Assembly (NCBI GenBank): GCA_034189385.1
Contig: JAXHVD010000001.1
Location: 1 to 64,000 of the forward strand
DNA: 64,000 bases
Reading direction: 5' to 3'
From: Thermodesulfobacteriota bacterium
Lineage (GTDB): Bacteria; Desulfobacterota; Desulfobacteria; Desulfobacterales; C00003060
Part shown: positions 1 through 10,390 of the stretch, one piece after another
How positions within the stretch are numbered: the first letter of the stretch is position 1
Layout: every line of letters starts with the position of its first letter
Notes under the pieces: generated by a model
The model's database searches: none
Seen by the model: only the letters and a program-made list of their open reading frames with translations
Told to the model about the DNA's origin: nothing
Position numbers and translations under genes: made by a program

Positions 1-1
1 G

Positions 2-850
2 GCCTCGGCGGGTTGTTCCGGCGCCAGTGTAAGCCCCCTTTTCATGACCGAAGAGTTCGCTGTCGACCAGGTTTTCGGGTAACGCCCCACAATTGACCTT
101 TATAAGTGGACCGCTGTGCCGCAGCGAAGAATAGTGAATTGCATTGGCGATGACCTCCTTGCCCACGCCGGTCTCGCCCAAGAGTAACACATGGCTATTC
201 AATGGGGCCACTTGGCGAACCATTTCCATGACGGGTTTTAATCCATACTCTTCACCAATGACTTCGGCCCCTGAAATCTGGTGCAACTCGCTGACCAGGT
301 AGCGGTAGTCATCGGATAGCTTCTTCTGTAGGTGCAGGACTTCCTGGTGCTTTAAGATGTTTGCAATGGCAATGGCAAAAGGATCGTGTAGGAGTTCCAG
401 CAAACGAGCGTGTTCTTTGCGAAACAAGTCTCGCCCCCGCGCTGAAATCACAAGTTCACCAACCCTTTTTCCGGCTACTTTCAGGTGTAGCAGCAAAAAG
501 CAAAGGGGGTGCTGTTTTGCTTTCAATTCAACCTGTTTTGCCACTGGCTGCATTTCTGACCGGTTAATCATGCTAACCACCGGGCCATAACGACCTGTTT
601 CAACGAATAGTGCGGCCTCTTTGGACAACTTGGCCGGATAACGCAATGGCGTTTTAGAATAGATGCTCGCAGAAGCGATATTGCGAAGTATCCGGTTTTC
701 CGGCTCGTATGTATTTAAATCCAGGCTTTCAGCGGGCATGAAGTTTTCAAGATACTTGCGGATGTCTATCAGCATGGTTTTTGCATCCAAGTTACCGCAG
801 ATGCGTTTGGACGCTTGCTGGAAGAACTCCTTGTCATTAATGGTCACCAC
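2..850 (-). CDS. Sigma-54-dependent transcriptional activator (bEBP), N-terminal part; runs off window edge
   Basis: Not in ORF track; manual translation from GTG 850/847 gives MTINDKEFFQQASKRICG..., Walker A LLLGETGVGKE and SELFGHEKGAYTGA. Confidence 0.9.
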   Translation of the reverse strand, partial: MVTINDKEFFQQASKRICGNLDAKTMLIDIRKYLENFMPAESLDLNTYEPENRILRNIASASIYSKTPLRYPAKLSKEAALFVETGRYGPVVSMINRSEMQPVAKQVELKAKQHPLCFLLLHLKVAGKRVGELVISARGRDLFRKEHARLLELLHDPFAIAIANILKHQEVLHLQKKLSDDYRYLVSELHQISGAEVIGEEYGLKPVMEMVRQVAPLNSHVLLLGETGVGKEVIANAIHYSSLRHSGPLIKVNCGALPENLVDSELFGHEKGAYTGAGTTRRG

Positions 851-867
851 TCTCCCCCCCTGGCATC

Positions 868-931
868 TGTCGCATGTGACATAAAAACGACAAAATATCA
901 TATATGACAAAAATTTTTAGCACATATGATA
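868..931. promoter_or_regulatory. Three related palindromes, candidate bEBP enhancer (UAS) sites
   Basis: TGTCGCATGTGACA (868-881), TATCATATATGACA (896-909), TAGCACATATGATA (918-931), 50-110 bp upstream of a -24/-12 promoter. Confidence 0.6.
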
Positions 932-981
932 AAATTTGCCAATTATTTTTCTAACCACTTGGATTAATGGCAAAACTTTTA

Positions 982-997
982 TGGCATGCATCTTGCC
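982..997 (+). promoter_or_regulatory. Sigma-54 (-24/-12) promoter
   Basis: TGGCATGCATCTTGCC matches TGGCAC-N5-TTGC; divergent from bEBP gene. Confidence 0.75.
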
Positions 998-1261
998 AAA
1001 CCGTATTTCCATCGACTGGCAACAGACTCCTTTCGGGCTTGTTTTGGAATAAGCCGTCAATCATGGGGCGCAAAGAAGAGACAGAGGAAAGAAAATGATG
1101 GATGGCCGACCAATAGAGACATAGTGGAAAATGTATCGTGCGTCCAGGTTTTCGGCACACGCACCCAGTGTGTGAACGTGGACGTTTCCATCGCAAAGTG
1201 CGCGCCGCTGGGCATACATCCACATAGGAGGCACAAAAGGGGAATTACGGAGGTAATCTAC

Positions 1262-2050
1262 ATGAGTAAATATTTTGTATGGTTTCTGGCCATTATCATT
1301 TTTAAGCATTTTGTTTTTGTAGGGATTGGGTGCGCTGATGATCAAGCGAAACAGTTTTGGTGGTCTAACATTTCTTATCAATATGACACAAAAAGAGAAT
1401 TTGTCACATTGACGCCTGAATTTGAAACCAAGGATTTGCCATTTGACTTGGAGCTTTATGGGTTCGTTGATTTTACGGGTGACCATGGTCACGATGAAAC
1501 CAATCTGAAAAACCATTGCGGAAGTTTCGACCTATTCAAGCCTTTGAACACATTCGGTATTGCCGAAGATAACATTGTCCTGCATATGTTTGATGTGGCC
1601 ATGGAATATAATATAGATACCTTTACGGATGATCGTTGTTATTTGGGTTTCCGTTGGCGAGGTACCAGAACTTTTGGAGGTATAAGCAAGTTTCTTAATA
1701 GAATCCATGCTACTTTTGACATGACCGTCTTTCTGGCTCGCACGGATGGTCGGCAGGGACATAACTGGTGGATGATTTCTCCTTACCTAAAAATTCCATT
1801 TAGTATCGGGCGGGTAAACTGCTTTTCCAGTACATGGTGTGACATAGACTTCGATAACCCATTGAATGAATACCGCCATGACAGCGTTTCAGGACAAAGC
1901 ATGCTCGGAGTCAATATTTGGAAACAACTATATTCCTTCTGCGAGGTTAAATATGAGGATTTTCAGGAACCTTTTGATGATGCCTTCGGGATAGGTTTTG
2001 GTCTCATGTGGCAGTGGTACTTTGAGAAGCCAGAATCTGCAACAAGATAG
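1262..2050 (+). CDS. Exported protein, probable outer-membrane beta-barrel of unknown function
   Basis: GGAGG RBS before ATG 1262; signal-like N-terminus; aromatic-rich amphipathic strands ending FGIGFGLMWQWYF. Confidence 0.6.
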   Translation: MSKYFVWFLAIIIFKHFVFVGIGCADDQAKQFWWSNISYQYDTKREFVTLTPEFETKDLPFDLELYGFVDFTGDHGHDETNLKNHCGSFDLFKPLNTFGIAEDNIVLHMFDVAMEYNIDTFTDDRCYLGFRWRGTRTFGGISKFLNRIHATFDMTVFLARTDGRQGHNWWMISPYLKIPFSIGRVNCFSSTWCDIDFDNPLNEYRHDSVSGQSMLGVNIWKQLYSFCEVKYEDFQEPFDDAFGIGFGLMWQWYFEKPESATR

Positions 2051-2170
2051 TGGAATTCCGGGGATGTCCATGAAACAATGGCTCTCATTAAAGAAGTCTG
2101 TGAATGAAGTTGAGCGCAACATACTGTTAATTCAGCTAGATGGCCTAACCCTTAAGGGGATGAACGCAGA

Positions 2171-2612
2171 TTGGTTGTCCCAGTCGTTAGCGCCCTTAAA
2201 AGTCAGAACAGGGTGGTGATGCCGGGTTCCGTCCAAACCGACAACCAGCGCATTCGGGTAGACTACCCGGGGGATTTTCAATCCATGGAGGAGATTGGCG
2301 ACCTGGTTATCAACAGCCAGAGCCATACCAAAATAACCCTGGCAGATATTGCCACCATCAACCAGGGTTATACCGATCCGCCGGAACCAACCATGCGTTT
2401 TAACTGCAAGGCGTCGGGCATCGGTATTTCCGCATCGTCCAAAGCCAACGTGGTCACCATGGGAGATGTCGTACAGGCCCGGCTCGACGCGCTTTTCCAG
2501 CGTCTGCCCGTGGGTCTCAAACTCGAAGGGGTATACTACCAGTCCAAACTCGTCAAAGGGGCCATTCGCAAATTTGTCACCAACTTTCTTGAATCAGTTG
2601 CCATCGTTATTG
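2171..2612 (+). pseudogene. Internal fragment of an RND (AcrB/AcrD/AcrF-type) efflux permease
   Basis: G..QTDNQRIRV..GDFQSMEEIGDLVI...LADIATI..GY...ANVV...LPVG...FVTNFLESVAIV; ~145 of ~1000 aa. Confidence 0.8.
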
Positions 2613-2614
2613 GT

Positions 2615-2825
2615 CCCCTTTCCCGCCCGGATCACCACCGACTGGTCGCCCATACGACCGACCATGTAAAACGGATCCCGCGGTTTGCCACGAAGGGCCA
2701 ACTCAAGGGCTTGTTTTCCTCAACGCCTTTCTCCAACGTCTTTTTCAAGGCGCTTTGGATCTCAAAAAATCGGTCGGCAGGGCATAAACCGCCAATTCCT
2801 TGATGGGGCCGTTTGTAGTCGGGAA
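2615..2825 (-). pseudogene. IS481-like transposase C-terminal remnant (frameshifted)
   Basis: YKRPHQGIGGLCPADRFF integrase-core tail; second frame continues ALELALRGKPRDPFYMVGRMG. Confidence 0.65.
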
Positions 2826-3049
2826 ACAATCGTTGTTATTTGGGAGTATTTTTCGAGGAATGAAATCTATACGCCGAAACTACCCCTATTTTTAAAGATA
2901 GTCGACGATTATTCCAGCTTAGGGCAGAACACGTATAGCCTGCCCCAATCGCTACGGGCATTAAAGTGGGCCAATTAACCTCCCTGAGGTCGGACAGTAG
3001 ACCGGCCTCGGTGTGTCCCTGAAGTTCGAACGGCGTCTCATACAGGGAA

Positions 3050-3256
3050 CTAAGGGGTCTTCTCTCCTACAACGATGACCACGTTGCTAATGTGCGTTAT
3101 CAGTTTCTCTTCCCGAGCAGGAACTCATATCTGAACTATGCCGTTCTCTAGAATCTTGACATCAACGTTTTCCAAATAGCCGCCCTCTTCTCCGCGCTTC
3201 CATAGAAGCAATGCACTGGCGTTCTTGATTGAGCGTTGTATGCTCAGTTCAGTCAT
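3050..3256 (-). pseudogene. Small hypothetical ORF with internal TGA
   Basis: MTELSIQRS...VQI*VPAREEKLITHISNVVIVVGEKTP; stop at 3125-3127. Confidence 0.3.
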
Positions 3257-3344
3257 TTGTCATTCTTTCCCTGTTGGCTATGCTGAACCAGGACTGACCA
3301 AAATTGGATGACAGTCTAGCAAGTGTTCCCATCCAAGATTGTCC

Positions 3345-3557
3345 CTATGTTTCCCTGTATATCTTAGCCCCACAGTCTACGCATTGCCAGGCAGGGGAAT
3401 TCTCAGTAATAACGCAGCCACCAAGAACGATTCTTCCTCCATCAAGGTCTCTATCCAGTTGACGACTTTACGCAGGAAGGCCATAGAGGATTTCAGCAAT
3501 GCGCCATGAACCGCACTCCGGACATTGGTCTGGCTTCTTGTTGGCTTCGCTCATCAT
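3345..3557 (-). pseudogene. Small Zn-ribbon-like protein with internal TAA
   Basis: CPECGS..IAEILYGLPA*...VLGGCVI....PAWQCVDCG; TAA at 3468-3470. Confidence 0.6.
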
Positions 3558-3587
3558 CCCCAGTAAAGCTGCTTATATGTCAACCTT

Positions 3588-3803
3588 TCACCAGCGTCCC
3601 TCAGAATCCCAAAACCCTTGCCCGTCATAGACCAACATCTTTATCGCCGTCTTTCTTTTGTTCATGAACACAAACAGAAACCCTGAAAAGGGATCCGATT
3701 TGAGAACGCTTCGGCATATCTGCGACAGTCCGTCAATGCCTTTTCTAAAATCCGCAGGCTCCACCGAAAGGATGATCCGCATATGAGGAGTCAACTGGAT
3801 CAT
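3588..3803 (-). pseudogene. tnpB: IS66 family accessory protein TnpB, truncated
   Basis: EPADFRKGIDGL...DPFSGFLFVF...YDGQGFW then diverges; tnpC absent. Confidence 0.9.
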
Positions 3804-4210
3804 TTGCCTTTTCGCCAGAATGCCCTGGAAAGCTCCAGCAAATCCAGATCCACTTTTCCTTTAAAACGCATCCTCATTTTGGACCCGAAGGCATCTTCTA
3901 TCTCTACGATGCACTCTGATCCACAAAAAGGATCAATGCAGTCCAGCTCGACAAATAAGGGAGCGCATTGCTCCTTCACCACGGACTCCGCTTTTTGCCC
4001 CATGACACGTCTTTTTAAATCCGTGTGATTGACACGCAACGCTTTCGATAAGCGGCTCAGGGGATATTTATCGCGCAGTTTTGCCGCTTCTTCCCACAGA
4101 TACTCCGGTATCACCTCCCGGGGCTTTCCTTTGGTCTGGCGCCATTTCTCAAACTGCTCTCGGACTGATTCAAGCGGGGGCGGCAAGGCAGGCATGTTTT
4201 CGTGTTCCAT
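3800..4210 (-). CDS. tnpA: IS66 family accessory protein TnpA-like
   Basis: FEKWRQ...IPEYLWEEAAKL...LSKALRVN HTH; ATGA overlap with tnpB. Confidence 0.8.
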   Translation of the reverse strand: MEHENMPALPPPLESVREQFEKWRQTKGKPREVIPEYLWEEAAKLRDKYPLSRLSKALRVNHTDLKRRVMGQKAESVVKEQCAPLFVELDCIDPFCGSECIVEIEDAFGSKMRMRFKGKVDLDLLELSRAFWRKGK

Positions 4211-4330
4211 CGATCGACCTCCTGTGTTTTTCGACCGATGCTACAACTTTACAAAAATTCGAGTCAAACACGCTTGCCGGAAGGACACAGTGGCTCTGTT
4301 TAAGCCACGAGGCGCAACCCTAAGCGCTAT

Positions 4331-4432
4331 CCAGTCAATTCAATATATTCTGGATGCCCCCGGATTCACGCCTTCCGGGGCAGGCTTATCAAGTCCGGCA
4401 TGACGAATCTGGGGCTTTTTACGAATCCATCA
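4331..4432. repeat. REP/MITE-like palindromic element remnant
   Basis: CCAGTC...CTGGATG...CCGGCATGACG and TTTTTACGAATCCATCA end; resembles interspersed repeats I recall from deltaproteobacteria. Confidence 0.45.
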
Positions 4433-4449
4433 TTTTCTTGCAGGTGCAC

Positions 4450-4481
4450 AAAAAAAGCCCCGGGGATAACTCCCCGGGGCT
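4450..4481 (-). terminator. Rho-independent terminator of porin gene
   Basis: AGCCCCGGGGA-TAAC-TCCCCGGGGCT hairpin followed by U-tract on minus strand. Confidence 0.9.
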
Positions 4482-4510
4482 CTTGTTGTAAAGATTACTA
4501 AAGGACCTGA

Positions 4511-5674
4511 CTAAAAGTCCATACGCAACAATGCGCCGGCAAACCAGGCAGTGGGTCCGTCTTCCCAATCGTTGACATCACTCTCAACAAAGTCATCGCC
4601 ATGGTCGTAATAGGAGAATTCAGGGATGACCCAGAAGTTGTCTGTAAAGGGGATCTTTGCATTGACAAAATAAGACATCTGATCATCCTCGTGCCCGTTG
4701 CCATAGGCATCGTTTTCAGACCCGGTGTAACCAACGCCCAGGGTAATGGTTGCCGGGTCCAGAGGAAAAGCCAACTGGACATAGGCGCCCCAGCATTCGC
4801 TGTCCTCGAAGTCGTCCCCATCCACCTTGGCAAAGGCAGCGGCCTCCCGGTTCCAAAGGCCGAAGTTACCTAGGTTCTGCCCATAATGGATGCTACCCTG
4901 AAGATCAGCCGGCCCCAAGGGGGCCTTGCCGTTCAGATAACAGAGCCAGGAATCCAGGTCTTCTTCATCCATGATACCCTCTTTCGAGGCCTCGATCTGA
5001 TTCCAAGCAAAACCAGGATTCAGAAAGAGGTTGTCCCGCTTGATCTCCCAGCCCACACACAACTTGGGCAGGTCGGCATCACCATGGTCCACATCTAGAT
5101 CGCCGTCTTCCGTATCCGGCTGGATGGCAGCCAGGTAAAGCCCGCTGTCAAGGGTCAGCTTGATCTGGGGCTGGCGGCTATCCCAGAGGCAGCCGTAACC
5201 GATGAAGAGGTTCTCAGCATCGATTTCACGCACATGTTGCCCACCAAGATCGGCCAGCCGCGGCGCCATCTGGTCTGAAATGAATGTGTAAGGATCGTAG
5301 TTCTGACCTACCATGAGGCTACCGCCCTTGAATTTCCAGGTGCCGTAAAGGAGGCGGCTGTATGCGGAGTTACCGCCCCGACCGTCACCCTTGAGCCCTA
5401 ACTCAAAGTGCGCTGAAAGGTCTCCGCCGGTCCATTTGGCCCCAAACCGGCTAAAGTCTCCGAGCTCTATCATAATCGTCTCGTAGTCGCGATCTTTGAT
5501 ATTTAGGTCTACAAGGCCGCCTTCCGCGGTGTTACCAGCAGCGTCCTCCGGGTCAAAGTCCCACCAGCCCACAGCCACCCTCAAGGAGGCATAGGGCTCA
5601 AAACCTGCTACTGCAGGCATGGCGAACAGAGCCACCAGAGTAATTGCCAAAAAACCTATTACCAACTTCTTCAT
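4511..5674 (-). CDS. Outer-membrane porin
   Basis: Signal peptide, SRFGAK and SRLLYGTW motifs, acidic loops, C-terminal Phe. Confidence 0.85.
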   Translation of the reverse strand: MKKLVIGFLAITLVALFAMPAVAGFEPYASLRVAVGWWDFDPEDAAGNTAEGGLVDLNIKDRDYETIMIELGDFSRFGAKWTGGDLSAHFELGLKGDGRGGNSAYSRLLYGTWKFKGGSLMVGQNYDPYTFISDQMAPRLADLGGQHVREIDAENLFIGYGCLWDSRQPQIKLTLDSGLYLAAIQPDTEDGDLDVDHGDADLPKLCVGWEIKRDNLFLNPGFAWNQIEASKEGIMDEEDLDSWLCYLNGKAPLGPADLQGSIHYGQNLGNFGLWNREAAAFAKVDGDDFEDSECWGAYVQLAFPLDPATITLGVGYTGSENDAYGNGHEDDQMSYFVNAKIPFTDNFWVIPEFSYYDHGDDFVESDVNDWEDGPTAWFAGALLRMDF

Positions 5675-5891
5675 GCGCTTTCCTTTCCTCCTGTTAGTGA
5701 AAAAAGAAAGTCTATTCGTTTAGTTTCAATGCCTTACCCCTCCTCAAGGGCAAGGCGCCACCGCCGACCAAGCATCACCTGCTCTCTTATCTTGTGGCTT
5801 TAACCGACTAATATAACTTTATTTTTCGAAGATAGTAAACCTAATTAGCCCAGTTTTGTACCCCCGAGAAAGGCACATGTCAAGCACAATC

Positions 5892-6842
5892 CAATGTCAT
5901 TAACTTAAGCGGTAGTAATACGAAATAACCTATCGAATCTATTGTAAATAACCTTGTTTTAAGTGAATCGACATGGTATACTCACTTTCAATAATAAACG
6001 CCAGTTATACAATCGAAAGGAGAATACCATGTCGAAAATTAGCGAGAATTTTGGAGAAGTTGGCACGAATCCTGATTTTCAATGTGTGTGCCAAAGCAAT
6101 TGAATTTATAAGAAAAAGCATCTCTTCGCCTGACTTCATCGCTCGCCACAGAAAAAACAAGAACGACTTCACCCGTAACAGAAAACTACCGTTTCATGTC
6201 TTGATCGTTTTCCTTATCAATCTTGTCAAAGGTTCGTATCAGGACGAACTGGATAAATTCTTCAAGACATTATGCCGCTTCGATGTAGCAAAACGGGTCG
6301 TATCTAAAGCAGCTTTGACAAAGGCACGGGTGAAGCTGAAGTACGAAGCCTTTGTTGAATTGAACTTACACGTAATCACTTATTTTGAAAAGCACTTTCG
6401 TCCCAGGTTGTGGTTTGGTTTCCGGTTGTTGGCCATTGACGGCTCCACAACAAAATTGCCGATGACGGATGATGTCGCCCAGCATTTTGGCGTATGGAAC
6501 GTTCGTCAGGGTGCGCCATCTCCCATGGCACGAGTATCTCAGCTTTTCGATGTCCTCAACAAGATAACAGTCGATGCCCTTATCAAGCCCAAACGTATCG
6601 GTGAGCGTGAACTGGCGGCACAACATCTGCTCAACGTCATGCCCAACGATCTGATCCTGCTCGACAGGGGCTATCCGGCATGGTGGCTTTTCAAGCTGAT
6701 CCTTTCCATGGACGCCAACTTTTGTGCCCGACTCTCTTGTGCGAAATGGAAACTGGTCCGCAAGTTTTTCCGTTCCGGGTTGTCTGAAAAGGTCGTTACC
6801 GTGCCTGTTCATTCTACTTCGATTGCCCAATGCAGGCAAATG
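5892..6842 (+). mobile_element. IS4 family element, truncated (left IR + transposase from GTG 6084 to ~6842)
   Basis: IR CAATGTCATTAACTTAAG at 5892; DFTRNRKLPF, RLLAIDGS, LILLDRGYP; homology stops at 6842 before the catalytic E. Confidence 0.88.
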
Positions 6843-7030
6843 GTACTGGTGTTGAGTCGACAAAGAGGTGTGTCAAGGGTGATGAGCCCTCAGGAGGAGC
6901 ACTTCACAATATGTTGTGGGTTAGGTCTGAAGACCTCTAGTTCAGGTCAGCTCAACATACCTAGCTGGGGAGGCCTTCACCATCAAGATTGGACTTCCTG
7001 CCCCGATGGCACCTCCGAAACGGTCCAGTC
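6841..7030. mobile_element. Non-coding IS-end-like element interrupting IS4 (IS110-like, family uncertain)
   Basis: TGGTAC-N24-TGTCAAGG terminus and a 45-nt motif (38/45 identical) shared with 27701-28235. Confidence 0.5.
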
Positions 7031-7633
7031 CGATGTGTGATTGCCTGCCAATCTGGGTATAATCAAACAAATGATTTTATTGCGGATTTGTAACGCATAC
7101 CACAAGCTATGTCAAGCTCCTGGAGCCATTTGGCAGGCCTTTCCGTGAAAGTTGGGGCAGGACGACGCTGTTGGGAAGATTCATAAGAGGAGTTGAGTGA
7201 AGGTTGGCCCTGAATATCCGAAAATCATAGGCTTTCAAATAGTTGCCTGTTCACCGGGTTATTCAACATTCACCGAAACCGTGCGGCAGGCGTGATCTGC
7301 AGCACCAATCTCCACCATTTCATTGACGTTACGTCGACGATGGATAAACAACATGTCGAGCCGGAACCCGAACGGAAAAGCAGGCCAAGATGACCTGCCT
7401 TTCTTTGATTAGTCTAAATCTACCTGACTACGGACTGGTCTCAGGTGTACCGGACAGCCCACGACCTGTTCTCATAAGTCTGATGGCACCTCATGCAAGC
7501 GTAGTCAACCGTCAAATACCCAGGATTCAATCGTATGCCATTCCTAATGTGTAAAGATGTCTCAGGGACCTCTATAGCGCCGCAGGTCACACGCGCTGCA
7601 AAGCACAGCCCATACCTGTTGGTTCAACACGCC

Positions 7634-8170
7634 TTATTTCTTTTCTAGCTCTTCAACCACCAACTTGTACTTTTCATGAATCATCTTCTTGTCAAATTCC
7701 CAAAACCCATCCAACATGGTCTTCTCTTCAGCATCCGAGAAATATGTCATCACAGCAGGGAAGAAGACCTTATCTTCTTTTTCAATATGCTTCGGGTAGA
7801 ATTCAGTCAGAGTTCGGAGCTTTTCGGAGATGACGTCGAGCGCCGCATTGTCTCCGGTTCTGTAGCGGTCGTTTGCCTTAACCAGTTCTGCTGTTGTTTC
7901 CCGGCCGAATACGTGCTCCTCGACCAGCTCCAGCATGAGTTCTCGGTCCTCCTTCTTCATCTGCTTTGCGTCCAGATCACGGAACAGAATATCTTCTTCC
8001 TTGCCATGATGTGTCCGATCTGCATACACACGAATGAAGTCAACGACTGTATCAATGACTAGAGGATCGGTCTTTTTTGACTGTTGAATTATTTGCAGTT
8101 CGCGTTCAATCAAGGCAATCATTCGTTCAATCACACGATGCTCAATCATCAGTGGACCGCGCCATTGCAT
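7634..8170 (-). CDS. Hemerythrin/HHE cation-binding domain protein
   Basis: EH, HHGKEEDILF, EEH, HIEKEDKVFFP motifs. Confidence 0.9.
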   Translation of the reverse strand: MQWRGPLMIEHRVIERMIALIERELQIIQQSKKTDPLVIDTVVDFIRVYADRTHHGKEEDILFRDLDAKQMKKEDRELMLELVEEHVFGRETTAELVKANDRYRTGDNAALDVISEKLRTLTEFYPKHIEKEDKVFFPAVMTYFSDAEEKTMLDGFWEFDKKMIHEKYKLVVEELEKK

Positions 8171-8325
8171 GTCCTTCTCCTTTCTTGCCCTCTCCCAATC
8201 ATGTGTCGTGCAAGGTGTACAATTAAGAATAAGCAGCTTCTAAGCAGAGTACAAATCTGGACACTTGACAGGTTTGACCAAAGCATGAACGGCTAAAGTG
8301 CCAATTTGCTCTGAGGATTCTCAAC

Positions 8326-9978
8326 TCAGTATTTGCGCTGGCGGATCATGTTGAAGATCAGCCAAAGGCCGAGCACGGCGGAGATGAGATATCCGATGAC
8401 ACCCAGAGCAGGAAACCCGAAAAGGAGGGGACCAATCCCGGTGGTAATGACCATCGAAGACCCTACAATCATAGCAGCGATAATGATGCCGAAGGTCAGG
8501 CGGTTGGTGATGCTGTCTAGGGTATTCCTCAGCCCGCCAAGGTTTTCGTGCCTGAAACCCAACGTGAGATCTCCTCTGTCCGCCTTGCCAAGAATCTTTT
8601 CCATACGCCTAGGAAGCCCTTGCTGAAGACTGAAAAACTGAGACAGGGTAAAGCGAAAGCTCCGCCAGAGGGATTCGGGTTTGAATCTCTCTATTGCAAG
8701 GCTGGAGATCTGCTCTTTGGCTTCCAAGAGGACATTCAGATCAGGGTAGATGTGACGGGCCGTACCTTCGGCCGAGACCAGCGCTTTTATCATGATGACG
8801 AGGTCCGGAGGCAGCCTCAATTGGTGTGTCCCCAGCAGTTCCGTGATGGCCATGAGTAGTTGACCTATATTCATGTCTTTGATGGGAACGGCATAGTAGG
8901 AGTCTAATATGTCTAGGAGTTCCCTTTCCAATCCCCTTTGATCAACAGCCTTTTCGGCAGTGCTAATGCGCAACAGCGCATGTACCAGAGCCTCGCCGTC
9001 TTTATCCACCACCGATTTCACAAGGTCGACCAGTTCGTAGCGATCCCTTTCTGAAAGACGGCCTATCATCCCCCAATCCATCAAGCAGATGCGTTCCTCC
9101 TGAGTGATGAGCAGATTTCCGGGATGGGGATCGGCATGGAAAAAGCCATCCTCAAAGATCTGCTTTATTGCAGCCCTCAAGCCATCCTTTGCCAGTGATT
9201 CAGGGTCGCTGAGAGTCTCAGTCTCAAACTCCTTAACCTTTGTCCCCTGGACATACTCCATGGCTAGAAGATGCTCCGTGCAATATTCCTCATAGACCTC
9301 GGGTATATGGATTTTCGAGTCTTCACCTAAATGGGCCCGGGCTATTTTCATGTTGCGCGCTTCTCTCTTAAAGTCCAGTTCCTGCAAGAGCGTCCGTCTG
9401 ATGACGTGGATAAGGTTCGGCAGGTCATAGGTCCTCAGGTACTCGACACGCTCGTGGAGTTGGCTGGTCACGCCAGCCAGAATGTCCAGATCCTTCTTTA
9501 TTTTGGAGCGAATACCTGGACGCTGCACCTTGACGGATGCAATACGGCCATCCCCTTTGAGGACACCCCGGTGCACCTGGGAGATGGAGGCGGCTGCCAA
9601 TGGCTCTGCATCAAAGACAGAAAAAGATTCTTCCAAGGGCCGTCCGGTGCTCTTTTCCACCGCCTCTCTTATCTGTGAGAACTCTACTGAGGCTACTTCG
9701 TCCTGAAGTTTGCTGAGTTCATCAATGAGTGGGGGCGGAAGCAGATCCGGCCTGAGGCTCATGATCTGGCCGAATTTGACAAAGGTGGGCCCTAACTCTT
9801 CGAGGGCGCAACGGATTCTCTCAAAGGTCCCCAGTTCACTATCCACCTTGGCAGTCTTTTTGATGAGCTCTGCGCCAGGCATGTCGAGACGATCGACTAA
9901 ATCGTCAAAGCCATATTTCACGAGAATCATGACGATATCCTTAAAGCGACCGAGACTCATCAATGTCTTAATATCCAT
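8326..9978 (-). CDS. UbiB/AarF/ABC1 family atypical kinase
   Basis: LGPTFVKFGQ, AAASISQVH, VKVQRPG, FFHADPHPGN, DWGM; two C-terminal TM helices. Confidence 0.95.
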   Translation of the reverse strand: MDIKTLMSLGRFKDIVMILVKYGFDDLVDRLDMPGAELIKKTAKVDSELGTFERIRCALEELGPTFVKFGQIMSLRPDLLPPPLIDELSKLQDEVASVEFSQIREAVEKSTGRPLEESFSVFDAEPLAAASISQVHRGVLKGDGRIASVKVQRPGIRSKIKKDLDILAGVTSQLHERVEYLRTYDLPNLIHVIRRTLLQELDFKREARNMKIARAHLGEDSKIHIPEVYEEYCTEHLLAMEYVQGTKVKEFETETLSDPESLAKDGLRAAIKQIFEDGFFHADPHPGNLLITQEERICLMDWGMIGRLSERDRYELVDLVKSVVDKDGEALVHALLRISTAEKAVDQRGLERELLDILDSYYAVPIKDMNIGQLLMAITELLGTHQLRLPPDLVIMIKALVSAEGTARHIYPDLNVLLEAKEQISSLAIERFKPESLWRSFRFTLSQFFSLQQGLPRRMEKILGKADRGDLTLGFRHENLGGLRNTLDSITNRLTFGIIIAAMIVGSSMVITTGIGPLLFGFPALGVIGYLISAVLGLWLIFNMIRQRKY

Positions 9979-10307
9979 CAGCCTTCCTTTTCAGCGCTGA
10001 TCTGTTGTTCCAGCGTTTCAATGCGATTTTCAAGCCTTTCCACTTTGGACTTAAGGGCGTACAACTCTTTTTTGCTGGCAATGTCTAGATTGTCTATACC
10101 TGCGCGAATGGCCTTTGTTATGGACGCCTCTATCTCCGACCATTGTCTGTCTCCAGTTGCAGACAATTTATCAACCAAATCCCCTGCCTCTTCCTTGGTA
10201 AGTTTAGCCTCTTCTACAAGCTTCTGGATCGCCTCTTCCGCCTTTTGTCTGGTCAGTAAGATAACCCCTAAGCTGGGAAGCAAGCCCTTTCTAATTTCTT
10301 CAAACAT
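9978..10307 (-). CDS. Phasin-like / PHA synthesis regulator family protein
   Basis: Coiled coil ending IASKKELYALKSKVERLE; coupled to ubiB; ATG 10307 after GGAGA. Confidence 0.8.
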   Translation of the reverse strand: MFEEIRKGLLPSLGVILLTRQKAEEAIQKLVEEAKLTKEEAGDLVDKLSATGDRQWSEIEASITKAIRAGIDNLDIASKKELYALKSKVERLENRIETLEQQISAEKEG

Positions 10308-10390
10308 TAATATCTCCCTTGTTAGCAACGAAAAAAGCCCCCTTTTACATCTTCCTGCTGTTTCCAAAACAGTTTGCGGTCCCAGGCCTT

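Noticed and set aside
3050..3256. Third selenoprotein from in-frame TGA
   Set aside because: No redox-motif context and no evident SECIS; lies among decayed genes.
5973..7040. Intact 355-aa IS4 transposase
   Set aside because: Last ~65 aa are read-through into an unrelated element; catalytic C-terminus and right IR are missing.
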